Assembly: GCA_963749495.1 (NCBI GenBank)
Contig: CAVVMW010000005.1
Location: 128,001 to 192,000 of the forward strand
Reading direction: 5' to 3'
DNA from: an uncultured bacterium
Lineage (GTDB): Bacteria > Verrucomicrobiota > Verrucomicrobiia > Limisphaerales > UBA8199
DNA: 64,000 nt
The position numbers and the translations under genes are program-made. The notes beneath the pieces were generated by a model. That model was not told where the DNA came from. It did not search any database and saw only the letters and a list, made by a program, of their open reading frames with translations. Of the stretch, positions 39,081 to 50,385 are shown piece by piece (the stretch's first letter is position 1; the number at the start of each line of letters is the position of its first letter).

Positions 39081-41503
39081 CACTACAGCGACGTTTTGAG
39101 AGATTCCCATTTTTTCAGCTCTTTCATTCGGCTTTTCCGGTGGGATAGGTAGGCCTGGTAATTGCGTCGTGTATGGTACTCCAACAGTATCAAAACGTAA
39201 CCGGGTTGACTTTTCGGGTCTGGAAGACTGCCCTCAATCAGCAAGCGCGCTTGCGGCAAGGTCAAGGCGGGAGCTTTTTTTTAAATTTGATTTGCAGACG
39301 CAGCAGGAACAACTGCGCCAGACACACCAGGCGCATGTGCCGATGCCACGCCGGCCAGGAGCGGTGTTCGTAGTGATCCAGTCCGAGCTCGGATTTGTCT
39401 TCCTGAAAACAGCGTTCAATGGGCCAGCGCGCGCCGCTCACGCGCACCAGTTCGCGCATCGGAGTCTCTTGCGCAGCATTGCTCAAGGCGTATTTGATTT
39501 TGCAGTTGGCATCGTTGCGCAGCAGCAGCCAACGTTGGCTCTCCGGCGTCCGCTCCGGGCTCACATAGACCCGGATGCGCGCAAAGGCCGCCACCAGCGG
39601 CCCCTTTTCGCCTTCGGCTATTTTGTGGGTTTGCCAGTTCAATAGGCCCTTGACTTTGAGCAAGTGTTCCACCGTGCAGCCATCCTGCTCCAACTGCGGC
39701 CGGGTCGCACACGCTTTGGGCCAGACCTTTCGGGTGCAGGCGATCTCCCCGAGGTAATAGAAGTCTTTGGGCAGTTGTTCCAGGAACGCTTCGTTATTGC
39801 CAAGGGAACAATCAAACGTGATCCAGCGGCCGCCAAACAGTCGGGTCGCCAATAAGGGTTGCAGCAGCCCCAGCGCAATTTGCGGCTTGGTTCGGAAGAC
39901 CGTATCCTGGGGAATGTCACAGAGCTGGCGGCGCTCCTCGTAGGCAGGTTCGAACCAGCACTGGGGCAAGTAAAGCCGGCTGTCCAAGATCTCATGGCCT
40001 TTGGGGCTGGAGTAGCAGATGAAGACCCCCGACTGGCAATTGGCCGTCTTGCCCAGCGCCCCGCAATACTGCGGGGCCACTCCCACCGAGGCGCTTCCCT
40101 TCTTGGGGAACTCGCTCGGATCAAGGCTCCAGACCCCCAGCGGATCGCTGAGCATTTGGGCGCACAACTCCCAGTGCCGTTTTCGCATCCACGGCTCGTC
40201 CCACGGGGAGTCTTTCATGAACCGCTGCAGATTGCGCACCCGTTCCGGGCCCTCCAACTTCAGGGCGATCGCTTCGATGCTCTTACGTTCCGCGTCGCTC
40301 AAGAGGCCTTGCAGGTACAGTTCAAAGAGGGCCGCTGGTTCGCTCCGCCCAAAGGTAGGTCCGAACAAGGCGGTGAACTCCTTGAGCTCCCGAACGACCG
40401 TTTCCACATCTTCCACGCTCAACTCGCACTTGGACGGGAGCCTGGGTTTCCATGACTCCAAAATCTTTTTCATCCGCATTCTCTTGGTGAGGGATTGTCT
40501 TTCTTCACTCAGGCGCTGGGCCAAGAGAAACGCGCGGCTCAATAAGGGCTGGCGGCCGTCCCCGTGGATGAACTGCCGCATCCGGGGTTCCATTACATAG
40601 ACATACACCTCCTTGCTTTGGCCATGATGCACGAAACGGCCCTGCCGCTTGGCAAAACCGCGCGTCCAACCAATCGCTTGCCAATTGGCCGCCCGATAGC
40701 TGGCCCCGCTGAAGCGTTGCCGATCCACGAAGCTTTCCGCCAGCCACACCGGCACCCCATAGTGCCCAGGCCAATCGCGTTGCAGTAAACCAAGATTTTC
40801 ACTCAACATCACCGACGCCAAATGCGGCACTTTGACCCAGGGCAATACCAGAAAACGCACGCCGTTGACCACGTGGTCCAGCCAGCGCGCCCGCTGGGCC
40901 GCATTCCACCCCAGCAGCCGATCCCGACAACCCAGGTGCTGCACCGCTGACTGCCAGCCCAGCACCCCCAAGAGTTGGCCCGCGCGCCCATACACCAGAT
41001 ATTTCAAGTTGGCCCCCACTAACTCGGGCGCTCCCAGATAATGATGGCGCTCAAGCACCTGGCGCCACTCGCGCCGTTGGGCCGTCGTGCCGACCAACTC
41101 CCAGCGCAACGGTCGATGCTGGCTTAACGCCCCGTCCACGATCCTCCCCCTCGGCAACGCAGCCACCGCTCTGCGGGCCGGCCCGGGACCGCGTTCCGGC
41201 GCTGGCAACCCGATCCATCCTTGACGTTCCAACTCGGTCAAGATCGCCAGCGCCGAGCGGACCTTCCATCGCCCATTGGGAGCCCGCCACTGCCAATGCG
41301 CACACAGACCACGAGCCAGACTGGAACGTCCGGCCTGAGGCTCCTGGACAAGCAACCGCCTGACCGCCTGCACGTCCGCAGCAGTGATCGTTCGGCCGCG
41401 AATTACCCGCGGTGCGATTATCTCAGGCCCAGCGCCATTCAATTACGCGGGGCAACCTAGCGCACGCCCGCGGCGGGCGCAAGTGCCAAATGACGCTGTA
41501 GTG
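39081..41503 (-). mobile_element. IS701-family element with DUF4338 (DruA-like) fused transposase
   Basis: IRs CACTACAGCGACGTTT versus CACTACAGCGTCATTT; flanks ATAG and TTAG. Confidence 0.88.
39083..41442 (-). CDS. DUF4338-IS701 transposase fusion with probable -1 frameshifted C-terminal tail at an A7 run
   Basis: HHYLG, RFLVLPWVKVPHLAS, YRAANW (DUF4338); EFPKKG-SVGVAPQYCGALGKTANCQ, RWPIERCFQEDKSELGLDHYEHRSW (IS701); FKKK then the short ORF 39083..39265. Confidence 0.85.
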
Positions 41504-42852
41504 TTAGCGCCCCATTGGTGCTGATTTCGAACACGGTACCCCAGTCGCGGTTGTAATTGGGATCTCCACCGGCGGAAGTCGTGCCATAGAAATTGCCGTC
41601 GCTGCCCTGCAACAGCCCCGCCTCTGGATTTTCGCCATCATTGCAACCGGTGAATGAATACAAAGTGGTCAGCGCCCCATTGCTGCTGACTTCGAACACG
41701 GTGCCGTTGTCGCCGTTCGCGCCGCCGTTGGGAGTCATGCCATAGAAATAGCCGCCGCTGCCCTGCACCAGCCCAGCCAGGGGACCAGACCCATCATTGC
41801 CGCCGGTGAACGAGTACCAACCGGTCAGCGCCCCATTGGGGCTGATTTTAAACACGGTGCCAGCGTAGTTCGTGCCACCGCCGGCAGTCGTGCCATAGAA
41901 GTATCCGTCGTGTCCCTGCACCAGCCCGGAGCGAGGAGATCTGCCATCATTGCCGCCGGTGAATGAGTACAAACTGGTCAGCGCCCCATCGGGGCTGATT
42001 TTGAACACGGTGCCGTTGTCGCCGCTCCTGCCGCCGTAGTAAGTCGTGCCATAGAAATTGCCGTCGCTGCTCTGCACCAGCCCGGCAAAGGGATACCCGC
42101 CATCATTGCCGCCGGTGAATGAGTGCAAGCTGGTCAACACCCCATTGGGGCTGATTTTGAACACGGTGCCCTGGCCGTTCTGCCCGGGCCACGTGCCGCC
42201 GTAGCAAGTCGTGCCATAGAAATTGCCGTCGCTGCCCTGCACCATCGCAGCAAAGGGATGTGCGCCATCACTGCCGCCGGTGAATGAATACAAAGTGGCC
42301 AGCGCCCCATTGGTGCTGATTTTGAACACGGTGCCCTGGCCGTTCTGCCCGGGCCACGCACCGCCGTAGCAAGTCGTGCCATAGAAATTGCCGTCGCTGC
42401 CCCGCACCAGCCCAGCCAGGGGACCAGACCCATCATTGCCGCCGGTGAATGAATACAAACTGGTGAGCGCCCCATCGGTGCTGATCTTGAACACGGTGCC
42501 ACAGCCGTTCTTGCCGCCTCCTCCTTTCGCGCCGCCTCCTGTCGTGCCATACAAATAGCCGTCCCTGCCCTGCACCAGCCCAGCCACGGGACCAGAGCCA
42601 TCATTGCCACCGGTGAATGAATACAAACTGCTCAGCGCCCCAGTGGTGCTGATTTTAAACACGGTGCCAGCGTTGTTCGTGCCGCCGTAACCAGTCGTGC
42701 CATAGAAATTGCCGTCGCTGCCCTGGACCAGCCCGCCATAAGGATTTGCCCCGTTGGTGCAAACCCCGAATGAATGAAGGGTGGTTAAGACCACGGCGGC
42801 CTGGGCACCGAGAGCCGGCAGCATTAGGAGCGCTATCCGGAGCACTCGTATA

Positions 42853-43940
42853 CTACTCAGTCATTAACATAGACTACACTTTCGGCCTTAAAAAAAGAGC
42901 ACAGCAACCCCCGGTCTTTCTTGAGCTTGGCTAGATCGGCCTCCACTCGCTCCTTGAGCGATTCGTTCCGGAGGAGCGGCTTCTTGGCTACGCCGTTGCC
43001 CTTCAAGTAGTTCCAGACGAATTCATCGGGATTAAGATCGGGCGCGTAAGGGGGCAGAAAATGTAGCTCAAGGCGCCCTTTAGTGCTCCGGAGATACTCT
43101 TTGACCGAATTGGCTATGTGAGCCGGATGGCTATCCAGCACTAGGAATACCTTTGCTCGTTGGCCACGCATAAAGTCCTTCAGGAGCGTGATAAAGTCCC
43201 CTTGCTTCAGCGTGTGAGTGTAGACCTGGCACCAAAAGGCACCCTGCATACTCACGGCGCTGATCACATTGACCTTTTGCCGTTGGCCACTGGTCTCGAC
43301 CACCGCTCTGCCGCCCTTCAACCCATAGGTCCGCCGCAGGTTGGGTTCCGAAGTAAATCCCGTCTCATCAAGAAAGTAGATCTTCGCCCCGTGTTTACGG
43401 GCTCGTTTCTTAAGTTTCGGGAATTCCTCCTTCGTCCATAGTTCGATCCGCACCGGGTCCCGTTCATAAGCCCGCCGCAATGGCTTGTGCGGTGTCAAGT
43501 CTAACTGCGCCAACAACTTACCCACCGATGTGAGGCACAGTTCGACCTTGAATTTCTTCTGAATCATCGTTTGGACGATGCGGCGGGTCCACAGACCAAA
43601 ATCAAAGCCGTACTGGCGGGGGTCCTTGCCGACGATCCACCGCTTGACTCTCTGGCGTTGCTCCTCGCTGAGCTTCGGATCCGGGCCCTCAGCGATCTTC
43701 TCGGCCAAGGCTTCCCATCCCTCGTCCCACACACGTCGGAGCCACGGATAGATGCTAGTGCGGCAAAAGCCCAGGGAAGCCGCCACCACGGAAGGCACCT
43801 CCCCATCCTCTAGCACCCGCTTGCAGGCGCTGATTCGCAAATGCTCAAGGGTCTTGTGGTCCAATGTCCGGCCATCAATTTTCATTGCGCCGGAAGCTTA
43901 GCACACTAGAAGTCTGTAGTCAATCCCAATGACGGAGTAG
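42853..43940 (-). mobile_element. IS630-family element
   Basis: Imperfect IRs CTACTC(A/C)GTCATT...GACTACA; TA duplicated at 42851-42852 and 43941-43942. Confidence 0.92.
42857..43885 (-). CDS. IS630-family transposase
   Basis: FLDETGF, VLDSHPAH, LPPYAPDLNPDEFVW; N-terminal HTH and GLWT motif. Confidence 0.93.
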   Translation of the reverse strand: MKIDGRTLDHKTLEHLRISACKRVLEDGEVPSVVAASLGFCRTSIYPWLRRVWDEGWEALAEKIAEGPDPKLSEEQRQRVKRWIVGKDPRQYGFDFGLWTRRIVQTMIQKKFKVELCLTSVGKLLAQLDLTPHKPLRRAYERDPVRIELWTKEEFPKLKKRARKHGAKIYFLDETGFTSEPNLRRTYGLKGGRAVVETSGQRQKVNVISAVSMQGAFWCQVYTHTLKQGDFITLLKDFMRGQRAKVFLVLDSHPAHIANSVKEYLRSTKGRLELHFLPPYAPDLNPDEFVWNYLKGNGVAKKPLLRNESLKERVEADLAKLKKDRGLLCSFFKAESVVYVND

Positions 43941-44017
43941 TAAACACAGCCAAAAGCGGCTTCCTGCCGGACAGCGGGTCGGTCATTTCGCAGGCTTGGG
44001 AAGAGCGGCTGGGGACA

Positions 44018-44348
44018 ATCCCGAATATGGCTGTTGTTGTTTTCATAGGCATCTCCATCGTGCCCGGAAACAACATGTCCATGTCCACCCCGGCAAGCCT
44101 CTAGCCTCGCCGGGGTTGGACAGCCGTCCCCGGCAGCAAACAATGGACTTTATCTGACGGCTACCGTTTTCCATCTTTTCTTCTGCCAATGCAAGCGAAA
44201 TGTCGCTTTCCTGTTTTGGCCCGATACTGCTGACCCGCGACCGAAAAGGCTGGCCGGTTCGCCCAGGACCAAGGGCTGGATGGGCAAGCTCCACGAGGGC
44301 ATTGGGACTACCGCTGAAACCCCGGCGCACCCGCACGCGCTCCTCGGC
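44018..44348. repeat. Duplicated upstream/leader module of GloVer genes (second copy at about 48434-48765)
   Basis: Long near-identical stretches, e.g. CCATCTTTTCTTCTGCCAATGCAAGCGAAATGTCGCTTTCCTGTTTTGGCCCGATAC. Confidence 0.88.
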
Positions 44349-44547
44349 GCAGGCGATGTCCTTGGGTTGTCGCCGCGGTCGGGGCCATCACGCTGTCGGC
44401 GGTCCCGGCTCCGGCGCATCGGCGTCCCGTAAACAATCGGCTTTGCAAACAAAAAGCCACAGGGCGGCATCGTGCTGGTCGGCACGACTCCCGGCAGGCA
44501 GTGACAACGCGGCGTCGAGTACAGGCTGAGGGTTAGCGGCAGGAAGC

Positions 44548-44769
44548 TCACGTGGTGGGGGCATACGCCTCAAGATAGCCGCATTTCGTGCAGCAGAAGG
44601 TCCGAATTGGGCGCTTCTCTTTCCCCAATAAGCAGGTGCCCCCGAATGGTCCAAATTCCGGCTTTCCTGCCACCCACTGAGCGACGTAATTCTTAACGTA
44701 GCCGTGGTCCACCACGAAGCCTTCCTTCATTTCTTCGCCGCATTTCGGGCATTTAACCGGAGCATTCAT
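44548..44769 (-). CDS. Small zinc-ribbon protein (DUF6487-like)
   Basis: KCPKCGEEMKEGFVVD...CTKCGYLEAYA. Confidence 0.75.
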   Translation of the reverse strand: MNAPVKCPKCGEEMKEGFVVDHGYVKNYVAQWVAGKPEFGPFGGTCLLGKEKRPIRTFCCTKCGYLEAYAPTT

Positions 44770-45062
44770 ATCAGTGACCAGTCCCGCTGACGTGAAGCAG
44801 TGTATGCGCCGCGCCCTGGGGTGCAAGCGGCCAAATTCACCCAGGGCGGACGACGGCATGGCGCATACACGGCGCTTGACCTGGGCCGGTGAATCCCCGG
44901 CGCACGCGCTGGCGTTTGATGGCGCAGGCAAGCTCCCTGAGTGCCGCCGTGGTCGTGGCCATCACGGAGGTCGGCTCCCGGTTCAGGGGCCGGTGCTGGC
45001 CCGGCTCCAGCTTTCCGGGGCGAACAGGAGGACCAGCGGAGTGGCTCCAGTCGGCAGCGCCT

Positions 45063-45087
45063 TCAACTGAAAACGGTTTTCAGTTGA
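45063..45087. repeat. 25-bp palindrome TCAACTG-N11-CAGTTGA, copy 1 of 5 (others at 48901, 50629, 50776, 51646)
   Basis: TCAACTGAAAAC-G-GTTTTCAGTTGA, a perfect 12-1-12 palindrome. Confidence 0.88.
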
Positions 45088-45364
45088 GGCTGTCCCGCCG
45101 GACCGGGTGCTGCTGCCAGCGCGATTTTAGGCCGTCCCGGCAACGCTGGCCCAGCGCCGGAGCGGCGGCCATCTTGGATTCGGAGGATGCGGGTTGCGAG
45201 CGGTCGGCTGCTTGAATAATCTATGGAGGTCATGGCAACCCCTCACAACATAATCCGTAGAATATGTTATATACAACGGATACCACATGCGTAATATATT
45301 CGAGGTAAATGACTTGCGACTATAGAGGCCCATTTCAGGGGCTGTGGAGTCTGAGACAGCCGAA

Positions 45365-45565
45365 CGGGCGAGCGGCGGCTGATTCAGGAGCGCACCCATG
45401 CCGGATGGACGGCGGCCCGCGCCCGTGGACGGCTTGGGAACCGCCCGCTGTGGATGACCCACGGGTCCAGACCGCGAAGAAGCTCCACGCCGACAAGGGC
45501 ATGGCGGTAAGCGCCGTCTGCCAGACCCTCAAAATCTCCCGGCCAACGTTGTGCTGGTGGTTAGC
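45365..45565 (+). pseudogene. C-terminal remnant of a resolvase/invertase-type serine recombinase
   Basis: ERRLIQERTHAGWTAARARGRLG, then in a shifted frame the HTH VSAVCQTLKISRPTL. AT-rich res-like tract upstream (45240-45360). Confidence 0.75.
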
Positions 45566-45782
45566 CGTCAAGCCGCCTGTCGCCGGGGCGCGGCAGGCTG
45601 AAGGCAAGGCTGCGGCATCTGTGTAAATGCGCCGAGGCCGGTCCCGTACCGGTCGAAGCCTGTTGGGCTGTTGAAATCCGGTTCGGGGCCAGGAACGCGC
45701 CGACGAGGTATTGGCGGTCAAGAGGCAGGGCACCTGCACGGCACGCCTTCCGGGCGGCTCGGGTCGAATCGGTTCTGGGAGC

Positions 45783-46133
45783 TTAGTGGCCGCGTCCTTT
45801 TTGGGAGTTCTGGTAGGCCCGCATGGCGGCGGGGTCGTTCCGCATCACGGCTTTGAGCAATCGTTCGCTGAACTCGGCGCGTTCCGCGCTCAAGGCATTC
45901 ATCTGTGGGTCGGTCAGTTTCCTTTTGTTCAGCCAGTCCAACGCGGCCATCGCCGTCACATAATCGTTGGCCTTGTCCGCCGCCAGCGCCCGCTCCCAAG
46001 TCTGTTTCACCTCCGCCGGGGCGCTGTCGAACGGCTCCGGTATCCTCTGGCTCGCGGGCTGGTCGCAGCCGGTCGCCAACATCAGGGCGGCCAGGGAGCA
46101 GAGGGCGGTCTTGCTGAATCCAATTCGGTTCAT
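45783..46133 (-). CDS. Hypothetical lipoprotein
   Basis: MNRIGFSKTALCSLAALMLATGC lipobox-like N-terminus. Confidence 0.7.
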   Translation of the reverse strand: MNRIGFSKTALCSLAALMLATGCDQPASQRIPEPFDSAPAEVKQTWERALAADKANDYVTAMAALDWLNKRKLTDPQMNALSAERAEFSERLLKAVMRNDPAAMRAYQNSQKGRGH

Positions 46134-46569
46134 ATCACGGGTCGATTCCTCGCGCAGCGTAACAGAAACCGGGCAAAAAAGGAAGCGGGGCGTCGCATCC
46201 TCCTTGACTTCTGGCGTCGCTCCACGCGCATCCGTCTGGAGCGGGCCGAGCCGCACCCGGTCTATCATCTCCGCATGAAAGCGCCCGCTGGGACCTTGAC
46301 CAGCGGGCAGGTTGGCTGGATTGTCCGCAGGGTCGTCGAGCAGGCGGGCCGGATTCCTCGTGGAGGCTTCTCCTGCTCAGTTGACCGACGTGGCGTTGTC
46401 CAAGCCGGGTTTGTCTTGGACTTTTGATGGTCTTGCCGCCGAGCACGCACGGGTCTGGACGGCAGCGCGGCGTCAGGCTGGGCCATCCTGGCGGAACTGC
46501 CCCAGCGCCAAGCACGAAGTCCCGACTGCGGCTGCCCTGCTTTGCCAGCGCGGGTTGGCCTGCTGGCAA

Positions 46570-47556
46570 CTACTGGATTAACCGGAAAAACTGCTGTGTG
46601 CCGGTGGTGGGATTGGTCACTGTGTTCTGCCCGTTGACGACGACGGGGGCCGGAGAATTGGTGTTCCAGGCCGCCGATGAACCTAGGTTCGTAGTGGATT
46701 GCAAAGTATGCCCGGTGTAATCGAACCCGGCGTAATTGGTCGGCCACGACAAAATCACATTGGTTTCAGAGGGAATTATGGTCAGTTGCGGCCTGAACGA
46801 AAGACTGAACACGGTGCCATCGCCGTATGTGCCACCAGAATACGTCGTCCCATACAGGGTGTTGCCCGATAAAATAATTCCGTCACAGGGTCCAGCCCCG
46901 TCGCTGTTTTTGTAAGGAGGGTTGTCAGTCACCCCATTACGGGGGACAGAAGTCGCCGTGAAAGTGTGCAGGGTCGTAAAGCCCGTGCCGTTGGTGTTGA
47001 CGGCGAACACATTGCCACTGCCCCCACTGCCGCCATAATCCGCCGCCCCATACAGGGTGTTGCCCGATAAACACAACGTGCCACATACAACACCTCCGTC
47101 GCTGTTTGTGAGAGAAGTACCGGAAGTTGCGGTGAAAACATGCAAGGTCGTAAAGCCCGTGCCGTTGGTGTTGACGGCAAACAGTGCGCCGAGGCTAGAG
47201 CCGGGTCCGCTGGATGCCCCATACAGCGTGTTGCCCGCCAAAAGCAAGCCGCTTATTGGGTATGCTTCGTCATTGACGCCATTAAAACTCTTCAGGACCT
47301 TAAAACCCGTGCCATTGGTGTTGATGGCAAACACCGTGCCATAGCCCGAACCGCCGCCAAATACCGCCGTCCCATACAGGGTGCTGCCCGATAAAATCAC
47401 TCCGGCAAGCGGATTAGCTCCATCGCTGCCGCCCGTGAAACTATGCAGGGTCGTAAAGACCTGCGCCATCAGATGCCCTGCCGTCATTGCCATCGCAAAG
47501 CTCGCCAGGCGGAACAGGTTCATTCGCATCGCATTCGTCACTTTCATGTTTCTCAT
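46570..47556 (-). CDS. GloVer-repeat secreted protein with C-terminal sorting-type domain
   Basis: FTTLHSF...LSGSTLYGT...GTVFAINTNGTG repeats; terminal VILSWPTN...QFFRL. Confidence 0.88.
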   Translation of the reverse strand: MRNMKVTNAMRMNLFRLASFAMAMTAGHLMAQVFTTLHSFTGGSDGANPLAGVILSGSTLYGTAVFGGGSGYGTVFAINTNGTGFKVLKSFNGVNDEAYPISGLLLAGNTLYGASSGPGSSLGALFAVNTNGTGFTTLHVFTATSGTSLTNSDGGVVCGTLCLSGNTLYGAADYGGSGGSGNVFAVNTNGTGFTTLHTFTATSVPRNGVTDNPPYKNSDGAGPCDGIILSGNTLYGTTYSGGTYGDGTVFSLSFRPQLTIIPSETNVILSWPTNYAGFDYTGHTLQSTTNLGSSAAWNTNSPAPVVVNGQNTVTNPTTGTQQFFRLIQ

Positions 47557-47765
47557 GTTCTGTCCTTACATTTTCGTGTTCTGCCTTGCGATAGGGGCCG
47601 GTGCGCCAAAAGCGGTCAGGACGAGCGCGGCTGGCCAGAGCAGTCGCAGCAGCGCCAAGACCGGCTTCCCGCCGGACACCGGAACGGTCGTTGCGAAGGT
47701 TCTGCTTCCGCTATCGAGCGTTCTGAGCTTGGTTTTCACAGATGTAAATGAGTTTGCGAGAGTCC

Positions 47766-48461
47766 TTACGGCGCGAGCACCACCCGGTAAAACCGTCGCG
47801 GGCCGTTCGTGAGGGAGTCTATGGCACTGAGCGTCGCTCCGGTTGCGGTGACCGCGCTGCCCAGGTTGGTCCAGTTGCTCGACCGCAAGTCGGAAGTGTA
47901 CTGCAACTGATACGTCCCTCCAGCCTCCGTGCTCCAGGTCAGACTCAGCGTGCCGTTGGTTAATGTCACGGCCTGGAACTCCGGCACGATGGTCAGCCGG
48001 AAAACGGTGCCGTACGAACGCAAATTCCCGGGAAAAAAGCTGGAAGTCGTGCCATAGAAACTGCCATCGGTGCCCTGCACCAGAGCGGCCAGGGGACTTC
48101 CGTCATCATTGCCGCCGGTGAACGAATACAGACTTGTCAGTGCCCCATTGGCGCTGATTTTGAACACGGTGCCAGAATTGTTCGTGCCGCCGCCGGAGGT
48201 CGTGCCATAGAAATTGCCATCGTTGCCCTGCACCAGCGCGGCATGGGGACCCCCACCATCATTGCCGCCGGTGAATGAATACAAAGTGGTTAGAACCGCC
48301 CCCGCCTGGGCACTAAAAGCGGGCAGAGCGAGCGCGGCTGCCCAAAGCAGTCGTGTGAGCAGGGCCAAGACCGGCTTCCTTCCGGGCACCGGCTCGGTCG
48401 TTGCGGAGGTTCGGGAGGTAAGGCTGGTGAGAATCCCGAATATGGCATTTGTTGTTTTCAT
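47766..48461 (-). CDS. Short GloVer-repeat secreted protein
   Basis: Signal peptide, 2 GloVer repeats, terminal LSLTWSTEAGGTYQLQY...RFYRV. Confidence 0.85.
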   Translation of the reverse strand: MKTTNAIFGILTSLTSRTSATTEPVPGRKPVLALLTRLLWAAALALPAFSAQAGAVLTTLYSFTGGNDGGGPHAALVQGNDGNFYGTTSGGGTNNSGTVFKISANGALTSLYSFTGGNDDGSPLAALVQGTDGSFYGTTSSFFPGNLRSYGTVFRLTIVPEFQAVTLTNGTLSLTWSTEAGGTYQLQYTSDLRSSNWTNLGSAVTATGATLSAIDSLTNGPRRFYRVVLAP

Positions 48462-49112
48462 AGGCATCTTCATCGTGCCCGGAAACAACATGTCCATATC
48501 CACCCCGGCAAGCCTCTAGCCTCGCCGGGGCTGGACAGCCGTCCCCGGCAGCAAAAAATGGACCTTAAATCACGGCTACGGGTTTCCATCTTTTCTTCTG
48601 CCAATGCAAGCGAAATGTCGCTTTCCTGTTTTGGCCCGATACCACTGACACGCGACCGAGGAGGCTGGCCGGTTCGCCCAGGACCGAGGGCTGGATGGTC
48701 AAGCTGCACGAGGGCATGGCCGATACCGCAGAAACCCCGGCTCACGCGCTCGCGCTCATCGGCTCGGTCGGCCTCCTGATTCGCCACCGTGGTCGAGGCC
48801 ATCACGCCGAGTGGCGCGGCTCCGGGGCGGCGCTGGCCCCGGCCTCCACCTTCCCGGGCGAATAGGAGAACCAACGGATTGGCTCCGCTCAGCATCGCCT
48901 TCAACTGAAAACGCTTTTCAGTTGAGGTTCTGCCGCCGGACCGGGTGCTGCCGCCAGCGCGATTTTAGGCCAGTCCCGGTGAGGCTGGCCCGCGCCAGGA
49001 CAACGACGTTGACCAACCGGCTGGCGGTAGAGGCTACTCCAGTTCAGGCCGCCAGTTTGCAGGCGCACGCGCCCGACTGAGCACAGTGGCCTATCCACCG
49101 CCTGCACCGCCG

Positions 49113-49945
49113 TCACTTCACGCCCGCCTTGGCGGCGGCTTCGGGGTCTATGGCTTTGAGGGCGTTGGTTGCGGCGATGCGGACATCAGAATGTGCGTGC
49201 TTGAGCAACAAAACCAACGCAGGAACCGCTGGTTGGGCCTCCACTCCAAATCCCGCGAGACCAAAAGAAGCACTCTCCCGGACATCTCTCTCACTATCAT
49301 TCAAGGACTTCACCAATGCGGGCACGACCAGCGCGGCTTCAGTATGAGCGTTCGCGAGCACCCAAACTGCGTTTTCGCGCACTCCTGCGTTGGTGCTGGT
49401 GGTCGCCCTCAAAAACCAGGGAATCGCGGTGCGTATGGACTCAGGCCCGATGGCGACCAATGCTCGGCCGACCCAGTATTGAGAATGCGGTGAAAGGTCC
49501 CGTTCGTAGATTCTCATCAACGCTGGCACCGCTTGGGCAGCATTGGTCCCTAAAATCTTGAATCCCATCAAGGCTTCCCGGTTCTGAATCTGGCTCGATT
49601 CCTGTACCAAGCGGGGTTGGTAACCCAGGACAGGACGTAGCGTCTTGCTATGTGGAAGTCCCAGAAGTCAACCAGTTTCGAGACCAGGGCAGAGTCTTCT
49701 TTGCAGAGCATGTTCAGCAAAATCGGGACGGCGTTCGTGCCGATTTGCAGCACAGCGCCCGCGGCTAGGTCCTGTGTTCGTCCATCCCGCCTCACCGAGG
49801 CCCAGAGGTATTCCGACAGCCATGTCCGCAGACCCTTGCCTTGATATACCGGCTCACGCTCTTGCGGGCGCGACATCTGCCACACAACCACGCCGCCAAC
49901 AGCGACCAGCAAGACGGCGAGCGCGATTTGGACCCGCTTTCGCAT
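49113..49945 (-). CDS. Membrane-anchored HEAT-repeat protein, frameshift near 49590
   Basis: TM helix, EPVYQGKGLRTWL, IGTNAVPILL, VVPALVKSLNDSERDVRESA, AVPALVLLLK. Confidence 0.82.
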
Positions 49946-50019
49946 GGCGGCATTATGAGCCTGGATGCAGCGCAAATCGAGGAAATGTGCAGGTGCCCGA
50001 CCGAGGCCCGCCCCAGCGG

Positions 50020-50385
50020 CTAAGCGGGATTCCCAATCCAAATCCTCGTCACGACCGGCATATCGCTGACCGGCCGCGGCGTGTGAAACACCGCCTGCTC
50101 GACCTTCGCCCGCCACCCGACCCTGTACCACGAATCATCGCCCTGCCGAACCCAAGTGCTACGCCGCTCCCCTTCGTCAAGCTCGAACATGTGCTCGCCA
50201 GCGTGCGGGTAGAAGAACAACCGGCTGATGCGTCCTTCTGAAATATGGACTGGCCACTGGCCGCGCTGGTAAGCCTGCCACTGGTCCTGCACCTGCGACA
50301 ACACGCGCTCCCGGTGGTCACGGTCACGCCGGAGGTCATATACGAGCACCAGGTCTTGGCTGTGAGCTTCGGTCATGGGCTTCAT
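50020..50385 (-). CDS. Hypothetical protein
   Basis: Protein-like composition; isolated ORF between repeat modules. Confidence 0.6.
   Translation of the reverse strand: MKPMTEAHSQDLVLVYDLRRDRDHRERVLSQVQDQWQAYQRGQWPVHISEGRISRLFFYPHAGEHMFELDEGERRSTWVRQGDDSWYRVGWRAKVEQAVFHTPRPVSDMPVVTRIWIGNPA

Larger units (their letters stand above)
41504..44046 (-). pseudogene. GloVer (Gloeo_Verruco) tandem-repeat secreted protein, interrupted by IS630 and 3'-truncated at IS701
   Basis: About 8 repeats of GLVQGSDGNFYGTT..GG..GTVFKIS..GALTSLYSFTGGNDG. Removing IS630 restores ...LLAVFIRVLRIALLMLPALGAQA in frame. Confidence 0.88.

Noticed and set aside
40550..41442. Druantia anti-phage system
   Set aside because: The DruA-like domain is fused to a transposase within IS ends, and no DruE helicase or other Dru genes are present.
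44460..44545. Integron attC site after the Zn-ribbon gene
   Set aside because: A GCTAAC start is present on the minus strand, but I could not find the complementary GTT end or a full hairpin. No intI is visible.
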